Virus record (IMG/VR): IMGVR_UViG_3300047160_007655 | Location: 6,780 to 70,779 of that record | Origin: a virus | Direction: 5' to 3' (one strand) | DNA length: 64,000 nt | Shown: positions 29,003 through 38,074 of the stretch, in pieces | How positions within the stretch are numbered: the first letter of the stretch is position 1 | How the letters are laid out: the number at the start of each line of letters is the position of its first letter | The notes under the pieces: model-generated | Told to the model about the DNA's origin: nothing | Database searches by the model: none | The model's input: the letters and a program-made list of their open reading frames with translations, nothing else | Program-made: the position numbers and the translations under genes

Positions 29003-31165
29003 TTATTGGGCTGGGGGAGCCGCGCCCTGCGGCATGGGTACTACATTCGAGGGCGGAGCGCCGCCCGGCTGTCCTTGGTCTTGTCCTTGCACCTGCTGGG
29101 CCTGCTGTGCGAGGGCTTGCTTCTGCTGCTCGATTTGTTCGAGCTGCGGGAGCGCTTTGCTGAGCTTGCCAACCAGTTCGCCGACCTGCGCCAGCGCTTC
29201 TTTCTTCACACCTTGCTGGATGGCCTGATTATAATGCTCGTTCAAGTGCGCGAGCAGTGCTTTGAATTCCGGCAGCCCTATCGAGCCGCTGGATACCTGC
29301 GCAGCCATCTGCTGCGCATCCGGCATCAGCTCCTGCAAATGAATCATGTGATTGTCGCGAGGCGATACGGGCACCGGGTGTCCGGCACTCAAAAGCATAG
29401 TCTCCAAATCCTGCTGCCGGGACTGCTCCGCCGTCTCCGAGGGGTCGTTGTCGGGCAGCAAAAGCCTCTCGGCAAAGTCGGCGCCGATTCGGGCCGTAAG
29501 GTCTTCGACTTCCAGACGCCGCTGGTTGTAAAGCGGGTTGCCTTTCTTTTCCTGCGCAATCGTCACGATTAGCTGACGCTCCAATGGAGTCAAGTCAGCG
29601 ACCGTACCGGCCACCGAGCTATTCGCTAGTTCTTCGAGCTCTTCCCGAGTCATCTTCTCAAGCAGACGCTCCTGCATTTCCTTGGCGTCCTCGTCCATCG
29701 TTTCGGGGTCGCACATTTTGCGCTGCATGCCCTGAATCAACTTCGCAAACTGCTCCATGAACCGGGTGATTTTGCTATCGCGACCTTCCTCCTGACGGGA
29801 GGCTAAAAGATTCCACGCGGCCGGGGAGCGCATCGCCTCACCAGCATTCTGCAAATTCGGGACCGACACCGAGCCGATAAGCTGGTCAACCAGCTGGCCC
29901 ACGTAGGCATCGAGCTTCAAAAAGCCGTCAACGTTGCCGTCGATTTTCTGTTCGAGCAACTGCCAGCCGGTCGGAATAATCAACGCTGTGCCGACCACGT
30001 TCATCCGGAAAGTGTGAATCCGCTTCTGGTCGCCTTGGATGATGGTCTTACCGGACATAATGAGCCGGTCGACAACCTCATTTCGAATTCGGTCCTGCAT
30101 GCCAGCGAGCTCGTAAATATCACGTCCGATTCCCTTCGAGCCATGCAACGTGCCGTTACCGCGCTGATACGTGAAAAACGCCATCGCCTCACAAGTGCAA
30201 TCAAACTCGTCTAAGACTTCCTGAATTTTGAGCATGCCCGGCCCCGCGAGCCGGTAGTGACTAACCTTCCCAGTAACCTCACGAGCGTACAGGTTATAAA
30301 CCACAATGACAGAGTTGCCAGCCATGTAGCTAGCGCCAATAGTAAGCTCACGCAACGCATTCTGATACCAAGTCTCCAAAGTTCCGCCCACGTTCAGCCG
30401 GTCGCGAATTTGCATCGGCGAGGCTGTGTTGATAGCTTCGCGAGCGTTAGCTAAATCAAATCCGGCATCGGTCGCCGCCTCTGGGTTTCGAATCTGGTCG
30501 AACAGCTCGTGCGGGAGCAGGGTCTCCTTCACAATCACAATCTGCGCCAAAGCGGCATCGGATTTGGTGCCATCGGCCGCAAAAGAGTCCTCTTGGTCGA
30601 ACGCCTTCGCCTGAGACGAATACCGGTCAAGCCAAGTGACTACTGTGTGCCCAAATAAGGCATTATTAAAGGCCACGCTCTCAAGAAAAGAGCGCCAGCT
30701 CTCACGAGCCCGAATCGTATTAGTAATCTCTTTCCTAAACTCTTCGGTTTTCTCGGTCGGGTTCTGCCATTTGTCCGACAGGGACGCATTTGTAAAATAC
30801 TTCAGATTGTCAACGGCTGCCAAAAATCGGGGCGCCACTTTCTCAATCATCGAAGGAAGCGGCTTGCTGGTGTAGTTCGAACGCCAGCCCAGCCCTTCAG
30901 CTTCCAGTTTGTACGAGTCGTACGGCCTTTCGGCATTATATTTCGCGAGTATCCGCGAGTTCACAATAGACCGATTACGGCCCGCCATGACAACCGTACG
31001 CACCACGTCGCGAGCCATCTCAATGCTCGTGATACTGCGCTGCGTAGGCTCGCCACTGCCTTCCAAGGCAATCTTGGGAGAGGCAATAACACTACCGAGA
31101 TAATTCTGGGCAAAACCGGGCGCGGTGATGCCACCCGGACCCATCAAATTCGGATAATCAGGCAT
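29003..31165 (-). CDS. Portal protein
   Basis: 720 aa, downstream of terminase; HGSKGIG; PVSPRDNHMIHLQE and Gln-rich tail typical of podovirus portals. Confidence 0.8.
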   Translation of the reverse strand: MPDYPNLMGPGGITAPGFAQNYLGSVIASPKIALEGSGEPTQRSITSIEMARDVVRTVVMAGRNRSIVNSRILAKYNAERPYDSYKLEAEGLGWRSNYTSKPLPSMIEKVAPRFLAAVDNLKYFTNASLSDKWQNPTEKTEEFRKEITNTIRARESWRSFLESVAFNNALFGHTVVTWLDRYSSQAKAFDQEDSFAADGTKSDAALAQIVIVKETLLPHELFDQIRNPEAATDAGFDLANAREAINTASPMQIRDRLNVGGTLETWYQNALRELTIGASYMAGNSVIVVYNLYAREVTGKVSHYRLAGPGMLKIQEVLDEFDCTCEAMAFFTYQRGNGTLHGSKGIGRDIYELAGMQDRIRNEVVDRLIMSGKTIIQGDQKRIHTFRMNVVGTALIIPTGWQLLEQKIDGNVDGFLKLDAYVGQLVDQLIGSVSVPNLQNAGEAMRSPAAWNLLASRQEEGRDSKITRFMEQFAKLIQGMQRKMCDPETMDEDAKEMQERLLEKMTREELEELANSSVAGTVADLTPLERQLIVTIAQEKKGNPLYNQRRLEVEDLTARIGADFAERLLLPDNDPSETAEQSRQQDLETMLLSAGHPVPVSPRDNHMIHLQELMPDAQQMAAQVSSGSIGLPEFKALLAHLNEHYNQAIQQGVKKEALAQVGELVGKLSKALPQLEQIEQQKQALAQQAQQVQGQDQGQPGGAPPSNVVPMPQGAAPPAQ

Positions 31166-31198
31166 ACGACTTGTCTTGAGATAGTTACCGGGAAAAGG

Positions 31199-31459
31199 CT
31201 ACTTGTCAGACGTTTTCTTATACTGCTTGGCAATCCAAACAGCGGGCCACCAGCCCCGGGGGCAGCTCTCCGGCGCCAGCGAGACCTTTGCGGCAATCAG
31301 GCACTTGCAAATGCCGCAGATGCCCTCCTTGTTATGCGGGCAAGCCGAGCATTCGCCGTACCGTTGATTCACGGTCCTCGCCGGGGCCAAAATCTCGTAC
31401 CCCATCAGCCGGGCGTACTGGATGCGCGCCCAAGCGCAGACGAACCTAAACCACATCAT
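31199..31459 (-). CDS. Small Cys-rich (metal-binding) protein
   Basis: RYGECSACP..CGICKC..K..CPRGWW. Confidence 0.65.
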   Translation of the reverse strand: MMWFRFVCAWARIQYARLMGYEILAPARTVNQRYGECSACPHNKEGICGICKCLIAAKVSLAPESCPRGWWPAVWIAKQYKKTSDK

Positions 31460-32019
31460 AGCTGCCTCCGTCTCCAACAGTGCGCCGGTAGCTCTGCGTT
31501 TTCCACGGCGTCAAGGTCGATGTGAACTGCCGTAGGCAGGTCTTCCCCCATCACTATGCAACCGTTTAAACGCCCATCGAGAAAACGGTTGCCGAGCACT
31601 TGCCGCCGGAGCTCAGTCAGCGCAGCGCGGCAGCTCGCGCACCCGTCTTGCAGCGGAGTGTTCCTGTCGCATGACGCGCAAATGTCGGCGCGCTTCCGGG
31701 CGAGCGGCTCTTCGACAAAACGCTTAGTCTGGTTTCCTCGAACTGCGTTCAGCCAGTTAATCAGCTTCGTCTTCAACGAAGTCTTTTTCAACTGGAGCTC
31801 TCGCCGTCCATCTGACTCGGAGCAAAGAACCGGGTTTCTCGCGCACGCCTGCGCGATGACTTCAGACTCCGGGTCGCCCGGCGGAGCGCCCTTGCGGCGC
31901 CGATAAGCCTTGACACGAGCCACCACACCAGCCCAAGTATCAGCAAAATGTCGTACGCCGTCTGAGTCTTTGAAATAGTGTCCATCGTGAGGATGAATGT
32001 TGACGTTGATGCTCCTCAT
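31456..32019 (-). CDS. Cys-rich hypothetical protein
   Basis: RADICASC, CASC, C..CW; 4-nt overlaps on both sides. Confidence 0.7.
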   Translation of the reverse strand: MRSINVNIHPHDGHYFKDSDGVRHFADTWAGVVARVKAYRRRKGAPPGDPESEVIAQACARNPVLCSESDGRRELQLKKTSLKTKLINWLNAVRGNQTKRFVEEPLARKRADICASCDRNTPLQDGCASCRAALTELRRQVLGNRFLDGRLNGCIVMGEDLPTAVHIDLDAVENAELPAHCWRRRQL

Positions 32020-33971
32020 AGGATTGTTTCGAGGTTGCGATTGAACTGGCCGTCTCGCTCGTCCAAAAAGTCAGACTGGCTGGACGGGTCCACCCGCGCC
32101 GAGTCGGGATAGCTGCCGGGCCAATCGTCCGACCAGCCGTCCGCGCCGGGCATATCGATAAAATCACCTCGCCGGGAGAACACAAGCCCGCTGCCTTTCC
32201 GGGCGGCGTGCACGCACAACGTAAGTGAATCGGCTTCGTTGGGCGAGGTGAATCCTCGCGACTTGTAATCGGCCTTGGATTCTACCTTGGCCTTCCCCAC
32301 CTGCGTACGAAAACGCCTTTGAGTAAGCTGCTGAGTGAGCTTCGATAAATCGAGAGCCGGATTAAGCAGGAGGTAACCAAACTCGCCCCACTGCCTCGTC
32401 GCGAACCACAAAACCGAAAACATTCGTTCATAAAGTTCCTTGCAGGTCTTGGTATCCTCCTGCATCAGCTTTTCCTCGCCCGCGCTTTCCGAATAGTTCA
32501 CATCGTGAATCTGCGTCCCCCACTCGTACCGCAGAATATCCGCTACGCCAGCGCCGTGGCCGGTACGGTCGCACGCAAAAAACTCGGGCGAGACTCCGGC
32601 CTTGCGGTTCATATCCAGCACGTTGTTTTTCATCGTGATGGTTTCGCCTTTCGGCAAAACAAACTGCTGCGTAACTTCCAAGCCCCAGCGGGGCACGAGC
32701 TGGCCCCGGGGGTCCTTGAACATCACCGTCTGCCCCTGCGGAAATTCCAAATTCGGCGGTAGCTTCATGCCGGACGCTTTGCCCCACTTGCCGAGCGTGT
32801 AAACCGCCTCGTCACCACCCTCAAGGGCCAAGTCCACTCCCACACAAGGCGTAGGAGGGTCGTACCAAATGAATTCTCCGCGCATTTTCGGCAGCATCCC
32901 CGGAGGTATAACAACCGCTTCCATTCCCATCGAGGGATACATGCCTCGGCCCATCGTGCGGTAGCCCGGCGCGTTCCGGCCGCCTGCTCCCTGCGCTATG
33001 GCTTCGAGGCCATCACGAGTCTGCAAACCGGGAAAAATAATCCTGCCCTGAAGAACATTCTCACACTGTTCGCCGTCGAGTCGTAATACTTCCCATCCTC
33101 TGACGGACCGCCAGCGAAAATGAACGTCCTCGTCAAGGGCTGCCCAGCCGAAAGGAGGCTCAGCGCGTTTACCGACTTCGTCAGTGGCGTTGGTCGGGTT
33201 GTATGCTCCAAAAATTTTGAAGCCTTGGGAGCCCTTTTCAATTTCTGACAGGACGTTATCAATATCCAGCCAGACACCGTTAGGGATATTTTCGATTTCA
33301 TCTAGGAAAATAAACATGCGCGACAGCGGCCCAAACAGGGGGTGAACCTGTTCGCGAGGGCGCCGGTGGCCGCCTTGCAACCGGCCCGCCTTTTTGGTAT
33401 TGCCCTTTGGAATGACGACTCCTTTGATGGAGCTCATTTGGTCCCGCCGGTCGATGCCGATGAACAGCTCTCCAATTTCGCCGGGCAGTTCGAGCGAGGA
33501 GTTTTTATGGAGACCAACCAAATGGGAAAACAGATTTTGCTCCAAGTGGTCTTCAGACGGCCCGAGCACGCGAATCGTGGTGTACTTCGGGTCTCGAATC
33601 CATTCCAGCAAAAAGCGCACGCCCATCGAAAAGCTTTTGCCCATCTTCGCGGCGCCCATGATGAGTCCTCGGTCCGAGGTATCAAAGAGCTGCCACACGG
33701 CGCGCACTGACGAGGGCTCGAATGTGAACATATTGGGTGTCCACAAAATCGCAGCCGCTTCCGGAAATCCTCCGTTGTCCAGCAATCCGGTGAGGAAGGT
33801 CTTCAGGAGTGTCTGCGCCTTGACCGTGCTGCCCTTGGTGTTCAGCCCGAGCTGACGCCGGGGAATTTTCAGCAGGTCCGCCACTGCGCAGGCCGCTTCG
33901 TTGTACTCGCGCCGGTGAACCAGCGGAGCAATCTCAAAAGCGGTTTTACTCGCGGCCGGGCTTAGTCCCAT
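32016..33971 (-). CDS. terL: Terminase large subunit
   Basis: Walker A GAAKMGKS, Walker B IFLDE, nuclease motifs GVDLALEGGDE, DRTGHGAGVAD, SPNEADSL. Confidence 0.88.
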   Translation of the reverse strand: MGLSPAASKTAFEIAPLVHRREYNEAACAVADLLKIPRRQLGLNTKGSTVKAQTLLKTFLTGLLDNGGFPEAAAILWTPNMFTFEPSSVRAVWQLFDTSDRGLIMGAAKMGKSFSMGVRFLLEWIRDPKYTTIRVLGPSEDHLEQNLFSHLVGLHKNSSLELPGEIGELFIGIDRRDQMSSIKGVVIPKGNTKKAGRLQGGHRRPREQVHPLFGPLSRMFIFLDEIENIPNGVWLDIDNVLSEIEKGSQGFKIFGAYNPTNATDEVGKRAEPPFGWAALDEDVHFRWRSVRGWEVLRLDGEQCENVLQGRIIFPGLQTRDGLEAIAQGAGGRNAPGYRTMGRGMYPSMGMEAVVIPPGMLPKMRGEFIWYDPPTPCVGVDLALEGGDEAVYTLGKWGKASGMKLPPNLEFPQGQTVMFKDPRGQLVPRWGLEVTQQFVLPKGETITMKNNVLDMNRKAGVSPEFFACDRTGHGAGVADILRYEWGTQIHDVNYSESAGEEKLMQEDTKTCKELYERMFSVLWFATRQWGEFGYLLLNPALDLSKLTQQLTQRRFRTQVGKAKVESKADYKSRGFTSPNEADSLTLCVHAARKGSGLVFSRRGDFIDMPGADGWSDDWPGSYPDSARVDPSSQSDFLDERDGQFNRNLETIL

Positions 33972-34276
33972 TTTCGTCCACTGTTGCGTACGGTCTCTTC
34001 GGTCGAGCCCGCAGGAAATTCCACAATCCCCGCTGTAAGCCAGCTGCGCGTGCCTAGCTTCGCTCTGCGAATCGGCGCTTTTGGGGATTGTGAAAAATTA
34101 ATATCGTTAAATGTGCTGAGCCGGTGCTTGCGGCGCCCGGCGCGCCGCTCCATCGCCCGGCTGTCTTCCGAGGGAATAATCAACTTGACCGTCCATCCGT
34201 TTGCCTCCCACGACTTCGCCCAGACCCGCGCCAGCGGGTGCGGGTCCGCCGGGTCAAACCTCGCAAAAATAAGCAT
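33962..34276 (-). CDS. Hypothetical protein
   Basis: 104 aa overlapping the terL start; WAKSWEANGW. Confidence 0.6.
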   Translation of the reverse strand: MLIFARFDPADPHPLARVWAKSWEANGWTVKLIIPSEDSRAMERRAGRRKHRLSTFNDINFSQSPKAPIRRAKLGTRSWLTAGIVEFPAGSTEETVRNSGRKWD

Positions 34277-34466
34277 GGGTAGAGAACACGTTGAGGTTTG
34301 GGTTTACGGTTTGAGGTTCTTGGTGTCGTTGATTATGGTGTTGATTTGGGACTGCGTTTTTGGATTCTTTCGAAGAAAGAGAACCAAAGCAACGGCAGTG
34401 CCGATAACGGGCCAGCACGACAAGTCCAACAATCGCGCCGACCCCGGTAATAGAGGCTTGCATCAT
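34254..34466 (-). CDS. Small hypothetical protein with hydrophobic N-terminus
   Basis: Late motif 5 nt upstream of the ATG. Confidence 0.45.
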   Translation of the reverse strand: MMQASITGVGAIVGLVVLARYRHCRCFGSLSSKESKNAVPNQHHNQRHQEPQTVNPNLNVFSTHAYFCEV

Positions 34467-34502
34467 ACGCTAGATAGTTACCTCCCGGGGGCCTCCTGTC
34501 AC

Positions 34503-34540
34503 AAAAATAAAAAAGGGCGCCAGCAAGTAACCGGCGCCCT
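34503..34540 (-). terminator. Rho-independent terminator
   Basis: AGGGCGCC-11 nt-GGCGCCCT followed by TTTTTATTTTT on the minus strand. Confidence 0.75.
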
Positions 34541-34742
34541 AATATGAACGAACTGCGGCGAGCTTACTTCATAATCTCGCCTTTCTTTTGGCCGGGCCAA
34601 GGGCCGTTTTTGTGGGCAGGTTCTGCTCCATTCTGGATGCGGGCCAACCGGCGCTCGCACGCTTCTTTGTGCAAGGCGCACGCCTGCTCAACTGCGTCAG
34701 TCTTTCGACTGGTGTGAATAAAACTCTGATTTGCGTTTCCTC

Positions 34743-35486
34743 TCATATTACTTCCCGGCTTGCTATTTTTTGTACGGCTTTACGTGTCCATAGGCTGCCA
34801 TGCCGTGTGCGGTAACCCATTTTGTTTAAACTACGAGAAATCTGGGCGTAACTTTCCTTCATACGCACCATGTCTCGGAGGATGCTTAAAATTCCCTCTT
34901 CGCCCGGAAGCATTCCGTACGGTTTGACTCCCTCGCAGCGCTTTCCGGTTTTTCGGATTTTTTCCCGGGCTACGCGCATTTTGTTTACAAGAACGGCTTT
35001 TTCCCACTGCGCGATGGCGCCGAAAATCTGTCTAATCAAAGTACGGGAAGGGTCTCCATTATCGTTCGCGATATCAATTGCGACTCCTTGGTCCGCTGCA
35101 TACACCTTTATTCCGCGCTTTCGGCACTCGCTGAGGAGCGTCTCCTGCACCATCAAGTCGCGGGCGAGCCGGTCCATTCGTTCCACAACCAGCGCAGGCG
35201 TGTTCATATGCAGGTCGCGGCTGCCAAAATCCACGTATCCGGGCGCCGTTTGCTTTTCCTTCCACGCCTGTTGAAACTCTTCCACCCACTGAATGAACCG
35301 CAAAAAGGCAGGGCGGTCTACTCCATCTACCGTGCCAGACACTCCCTGCTCAAAAAACTCGGAGCCCATTGGGGTGAACCCGTTCGCATCCATAAAGGCA
35401 CGAATCTGCTCCCGCTGACGCTCTGGGCCATCCCCTTCCAGCTGCCCCTTGCCGCTAACCCGGATATAGGCAAAAGCGTACTTCAT
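34743..35486 (-). CDS. Serine recombinase (resolvase/invertase family)
   Basis: AYIRVS..Q, GVSG..RPAF, VVERMDRLARD, C-terminal HTH (SYAQISRSLN..W). Confidence 0.9.
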   Translation of the reverse strand: MKYAFAYIRVSGKGQLEGDGPERQREQIRAFMDANGFTPMGSEFFEQGVSGTVDGVDRPAFLRFIQWVEEFQQAWKEKQTAPGYVDFGSRDLHMNTPALVVERMDRLARDLMVQETLLSECRKRGIKVYAADQGVAIDIANDNGDPSRTLIRQIFGAIAQWEKAVLVNKMRVAREKIRKTGKRCEGVKPYGMLPGEEGILSILRDMVRMKESYAQISRSLNKMGYRTRHGSLWTRKAVQKIASREVI

Positions 35487-35647
35487 TTCCGGTTTCCTTC
35501 CTTGATGCCCCGGGCGATGCCCTCCGCTATGCCGCGCCCGAGCGACTCAGGCACGTTGGTGATGGCCGAGGTAATCCCCCAGCACACTAGCCCCAAAAAG
35601 AGCCACGGTCCGGCCCACAAAATCGTTGCAAATATGATTTCAAACAT
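35483..35647 (-). CDS. 54-aa membrane protein
   Basis: Read manually (MFEIIFATILWAGPWLFLGLVCWG...); TG-C-TAGGGT 6 nt upstream; ATGA overlap with the recombinase. Confidence 0.55.
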   Translation of the reverse strand: MFEIIFATILWAGPWLFLGLVCWGITSAITNVPESLGRGIAEGIARGIKEGNRK

Positions 35648-35673
35648 GCCTACACCCTAGCACACTTCCGGGC

Positions 35674-35709
35674 AAAAAGAAGGGGCCGCCGTACGAATTC
35701 AGCGGCCCT
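35674..35709 (-). terminator. Rho-independent terminator
   Basis: GGGCCGCT-loop-GGCGGCCC then CTTCTTTTTG on the minus strand. Confidence 0.65.
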
Positions 35710-35729
35710 AATGACACGTATTAGACTGT

Positions 35730-36014
35730 TTAAGGACTGGTGAATTTAGGAAGAACTGGCGCCTGAACCGAGCTCGCCTGACCCGCTGAGTTGGACCCAA
35801 CGTAGGCGATGAACAGAACCAGTGTGGAGAAAGGACGCAACTTCATTGCATCTTGGAATGCACCGGTAGTGGAGAATCCCGTGGAGCTCGCCACTTGAGC
35901 AAGCCGGGCGATGAAAGCTTCATCGGCCGGAGTCTCGTAAGCGGACGAGAGCCGGAGGAACGCCGAAGCGGCTTGAAGTGCTTGCGTCTGGCTGGTTGAG
36001 AGATAAGTAGACAT
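35730..36014 (-). CDS. 94-aa protein paralogous to the C-terminal domain of 38075-39361
   Basis: Manual alignment; GGAGG upstream of the ATG. Confidence 0.65.
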   Translation of the reverse strand: MSTYLSTSQTQALQAASAFLRLSSAYETPADEAFIARLAQVASSTGFSTTGAFQDAMKLRPFSTLVLFIAYVGSNSAGQASSVQAPVLPKFTSP

Positions 36015-36028
36015 ATTCGCGGGCCTCC

Positions 36029-36697
36029 TTACAGAGTGATAGAGACGGTGTTCGAGGTGCTCAGGAAATCCTGATTCAACTGGCCCGTGCTGGACTGGGG
36101 CGGGCAATGCGCCACGACCACGTACGATAACGTACCGATGCCGGGCGGCAAGTCCTCGCTCCACGTCGCTGACGCCCCAGAAGCGCCCTGTTCGAATTCG
36201 TTGATGAAGGCAATCGAGCGAAAAGCCGAGCTGTTAATCGAGCGCCGGATTTCGAACGAGCGCACGTCAGTCGGCACAAGGCCAGCGAGTGTCCAGCCCA
36301 AAATAACTTGCGTGAAGCCGGGCAGTCCGCCGCCGATGCCGGACGCCGGTTTGCTGCCGAGCGCTACCGTCACTTCGCCGGTGGCCGCTTCCGTAGTCAC
36401 GTTCACCTGATTGCTGTAAATGCTGGTGCCCGCTGCGTCAACTCCGCCTCGCGTCACTGTGGCAACGACCCGGTACGCCCAGTCACCGAGCCCCGGAGTG
36501 TCGTTCAAAGTCTGCGGTGAAGTCGGCGCAATCGCAGAAGCGATAGTAGACCAGCCATCATCGCCCGCACCAAAGTACTTTCGCTGGACAGCAAAAGCGG
36601 TGATAGGCGGAAACCCGGGGTCGACATTCGTCCAACTCAACGCTACGGTTGAGCCGGAGACATTCGCCACGAGGGTGTTAAAAATTTCGATGCTCAT
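36029..36697 (-). CDS. Tandem fibronectin type III-like protein
   Basis: VALSWT..FAVQRK..W..DT..YRVVA..SN pattern occurs twice. Confidence 0.7.
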   Translation of the reverse strand: MSIEIFNTLVANVSGSTVALSWTNVDPGFPPITAFAVQRKYFGAGDDGWSTIASAIAPTSPQTLNDTPGLGDWAYRVVATVTRGGVDAAGTSIYSNQVNVTTEAATGEVTVALGSKPASGIGGGLPGFTQVILGWTLAGLVPTDVRSFEIRRSINSSAFRSIAFINEFEQGASGASATWSEDLPPGIGTLSYVVVAHCPPQSSTGQLNQDFLSTSNTVSITL

Positions 36698-36776
36698 AGT
36701 ATCCTTAATGTGTCAGTCAATCAGTCTAACGGTCGCTAGATAGTTACCCAACGACCGATGACCCGCTACTGAAAAT

Positions 36777-36918
36777 TGGCGCGGCGAGGAGGATTTGAAC
36801 CTCCGCATGGCGTCTCTCTCCTTCGGTCCTCAATGCTTTCTCGGAGTCGCTATCCACGCGCTGCACTGCTCGCTTGGTCTCTCGAAGCGCCCCCTTGCCA
36901 ATTCGGGGTCACCGCCGC
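36777..36918 (-). ncRNA. Atypical 142-nt tRNA-like RNA
   Basis: Acceptor GCGGCGG/TCGCCGC + G-CCA; D arm CCCC-GAATTGGCAA-GGGG; T arm GGAGG-TTCAAAT-CCTCC; 9-nt anticodon loop and ~66-nt variable region. Confidence 0.7.
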
Positions 36919-36924
36919 ACTTGA

Positions 36925-37195
36925 AATTCCCTCTTGGGACTTTTACCCCAGTTTACGAGTAGCCGAGTTCCGCTACTTACTGTCCGGCGGCGACCGGAAT
37001 CTGTGCTCAAACTTAGCGGTTTGAGTTACCCGTTTGCATTACGGGGCCTTTGCGCCGAGGGGGCTAGCACATCCCTACATGCGCTTTTTTTTTCTGGTGA
37101 AGAGACCGTTTACCGAATCTCTCGGACTGGTCCGGCATTGCCCTTCCCCGTTCCCGGGTTTCTGCTTCAGCCGTTTCTCTATGGCCAGAAAAGTA
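36925..37195 (-). ncRNA. Candidate structured RNA(s)
   Basis: Gap lacking a sense-strand ORF with many stems (TTTTCTGG..CCAGAAAA; CTCAAAC/GTTTGAG; TCCGG/CCGGA; AGTAGC/GCTACT). Confidence 0.45.
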
Positions 37196-37336
37196 TCAAA
37201 GAACTTTTGTCTTTCGCAGCAGAAAATATCCCACCGCTGAAACTATCAACGTCTTCGCGGCGAAGCTCACGAGCTCCAGCGCCATCTGCAAAAATGCAAT
37301 CGTCAGTGCCTGTCCTAAACCCATAGCTTCACTCAT
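37196..37336 (-). CDS. 46-aa hydrophobic protein
   Basis: Read manually (MSEAMGLGQALTIAFLQMALELVSFAAK...); late motif 5 nt upstream. Confidence 0.55.
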   Translation of the reverse strand: MSEAMGLGQALTIAFLQMALELVSFAAKTLIVSAVGYFLLRKTKVL

Positions 37337-37354
37337 ACAGGAGATAGTTACCGG

Positions 37355-38032
37355 CTACTTCTTCGGACGCAACGTCAATTTCAGAATTCGATTGCCGCTG
37401 GGCGCCACGGTTGTGGTGTCATAGTCCACCATGATGGGCGTGAAGGTTCCGACGTGCTCCGGCAGTTCGATAGCGAGGGTGAAAACCGCCTCGGCCGGTC
37501 GCGGTTCTGTGACTCGGGATTCGGTCTCTGGAGTCGGAGCGGGGGTCTCGGACTGCTGCAATTTCTCGCACGCCAGTTTGTACGTAATTGACTCGCTAAG
37601 AATCCGCTTCTTTAATTCTTCAGCTCTTTCCGCTGTGATTTCCCGGGTCGGAACTTTTCCCCGGATGCCCTCTCCCGAGCAGAGCTTGGTGTAGTTGAAA
37701 AATGTGCATGAGATTTCCCAACTTCCAGACGATGTAAAATAGTCCACCCTGCCCACTTCGTTAATTCGGTAGAGCGGCGCGTACGTAGCGTTAATCGCCT
37801 CAAAATATCGGACCGCCAATTCGATAGGGGCGCTTGGAAATATTTTCTTCGCGGCGAGCGCCGAGAGTTTAATTACCCATCTATCGTTTACAACTTCCCC
37901 AACCCGGCTAACGGCCTCGTACCAGAGACTATTGCTCAGGTATTCCGGCACTGCATCCGGCGCGGACCCGGTGGTAATTCGATACAGGTCCCCCGTGCAC
38001 TTATTAAAATAGTACTCGTAAAAATTCGACAT
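37355..38032 (-). CDS. Hypothetical protein with its own sigma70-type promoter
   Basis: CTTTCA-17-TATGGT-6 nt-ATG; lower GC than neighbours. Confidence 0.65.
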   Translation of the reverse strand: MSNFYEYYFNKCTGDLYRITTGSAPDAVPEYLSNSLWYEAVSRVGEVVNDRWVIKLSALAAKKIFPSAPIELAVRYFEAINATYAPLYRINEVGRVDYFTSSGSWEISCTFFNYTKLCSGEGIRGKVPTREITAERAEELKKRILSESITYKLACEKLQQSETPAPTPETESRVTEPRPAEAVFTLAIELPEHVGTFTPIMVDYDTTTVAPSGNRILKLTLRPKK

Positions 38033-38074
38033 GCCGATACCATAGCACACCTGTCAAATTTTGAAAGCATTATT

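Noticed and set aside
36777-36918. tmRNA or a standard Leu/Ser tRNA
   Set aside because: No G3:U70 pair or A discriminator, too short for tmRNA, and the anticodon loop is non-canonical
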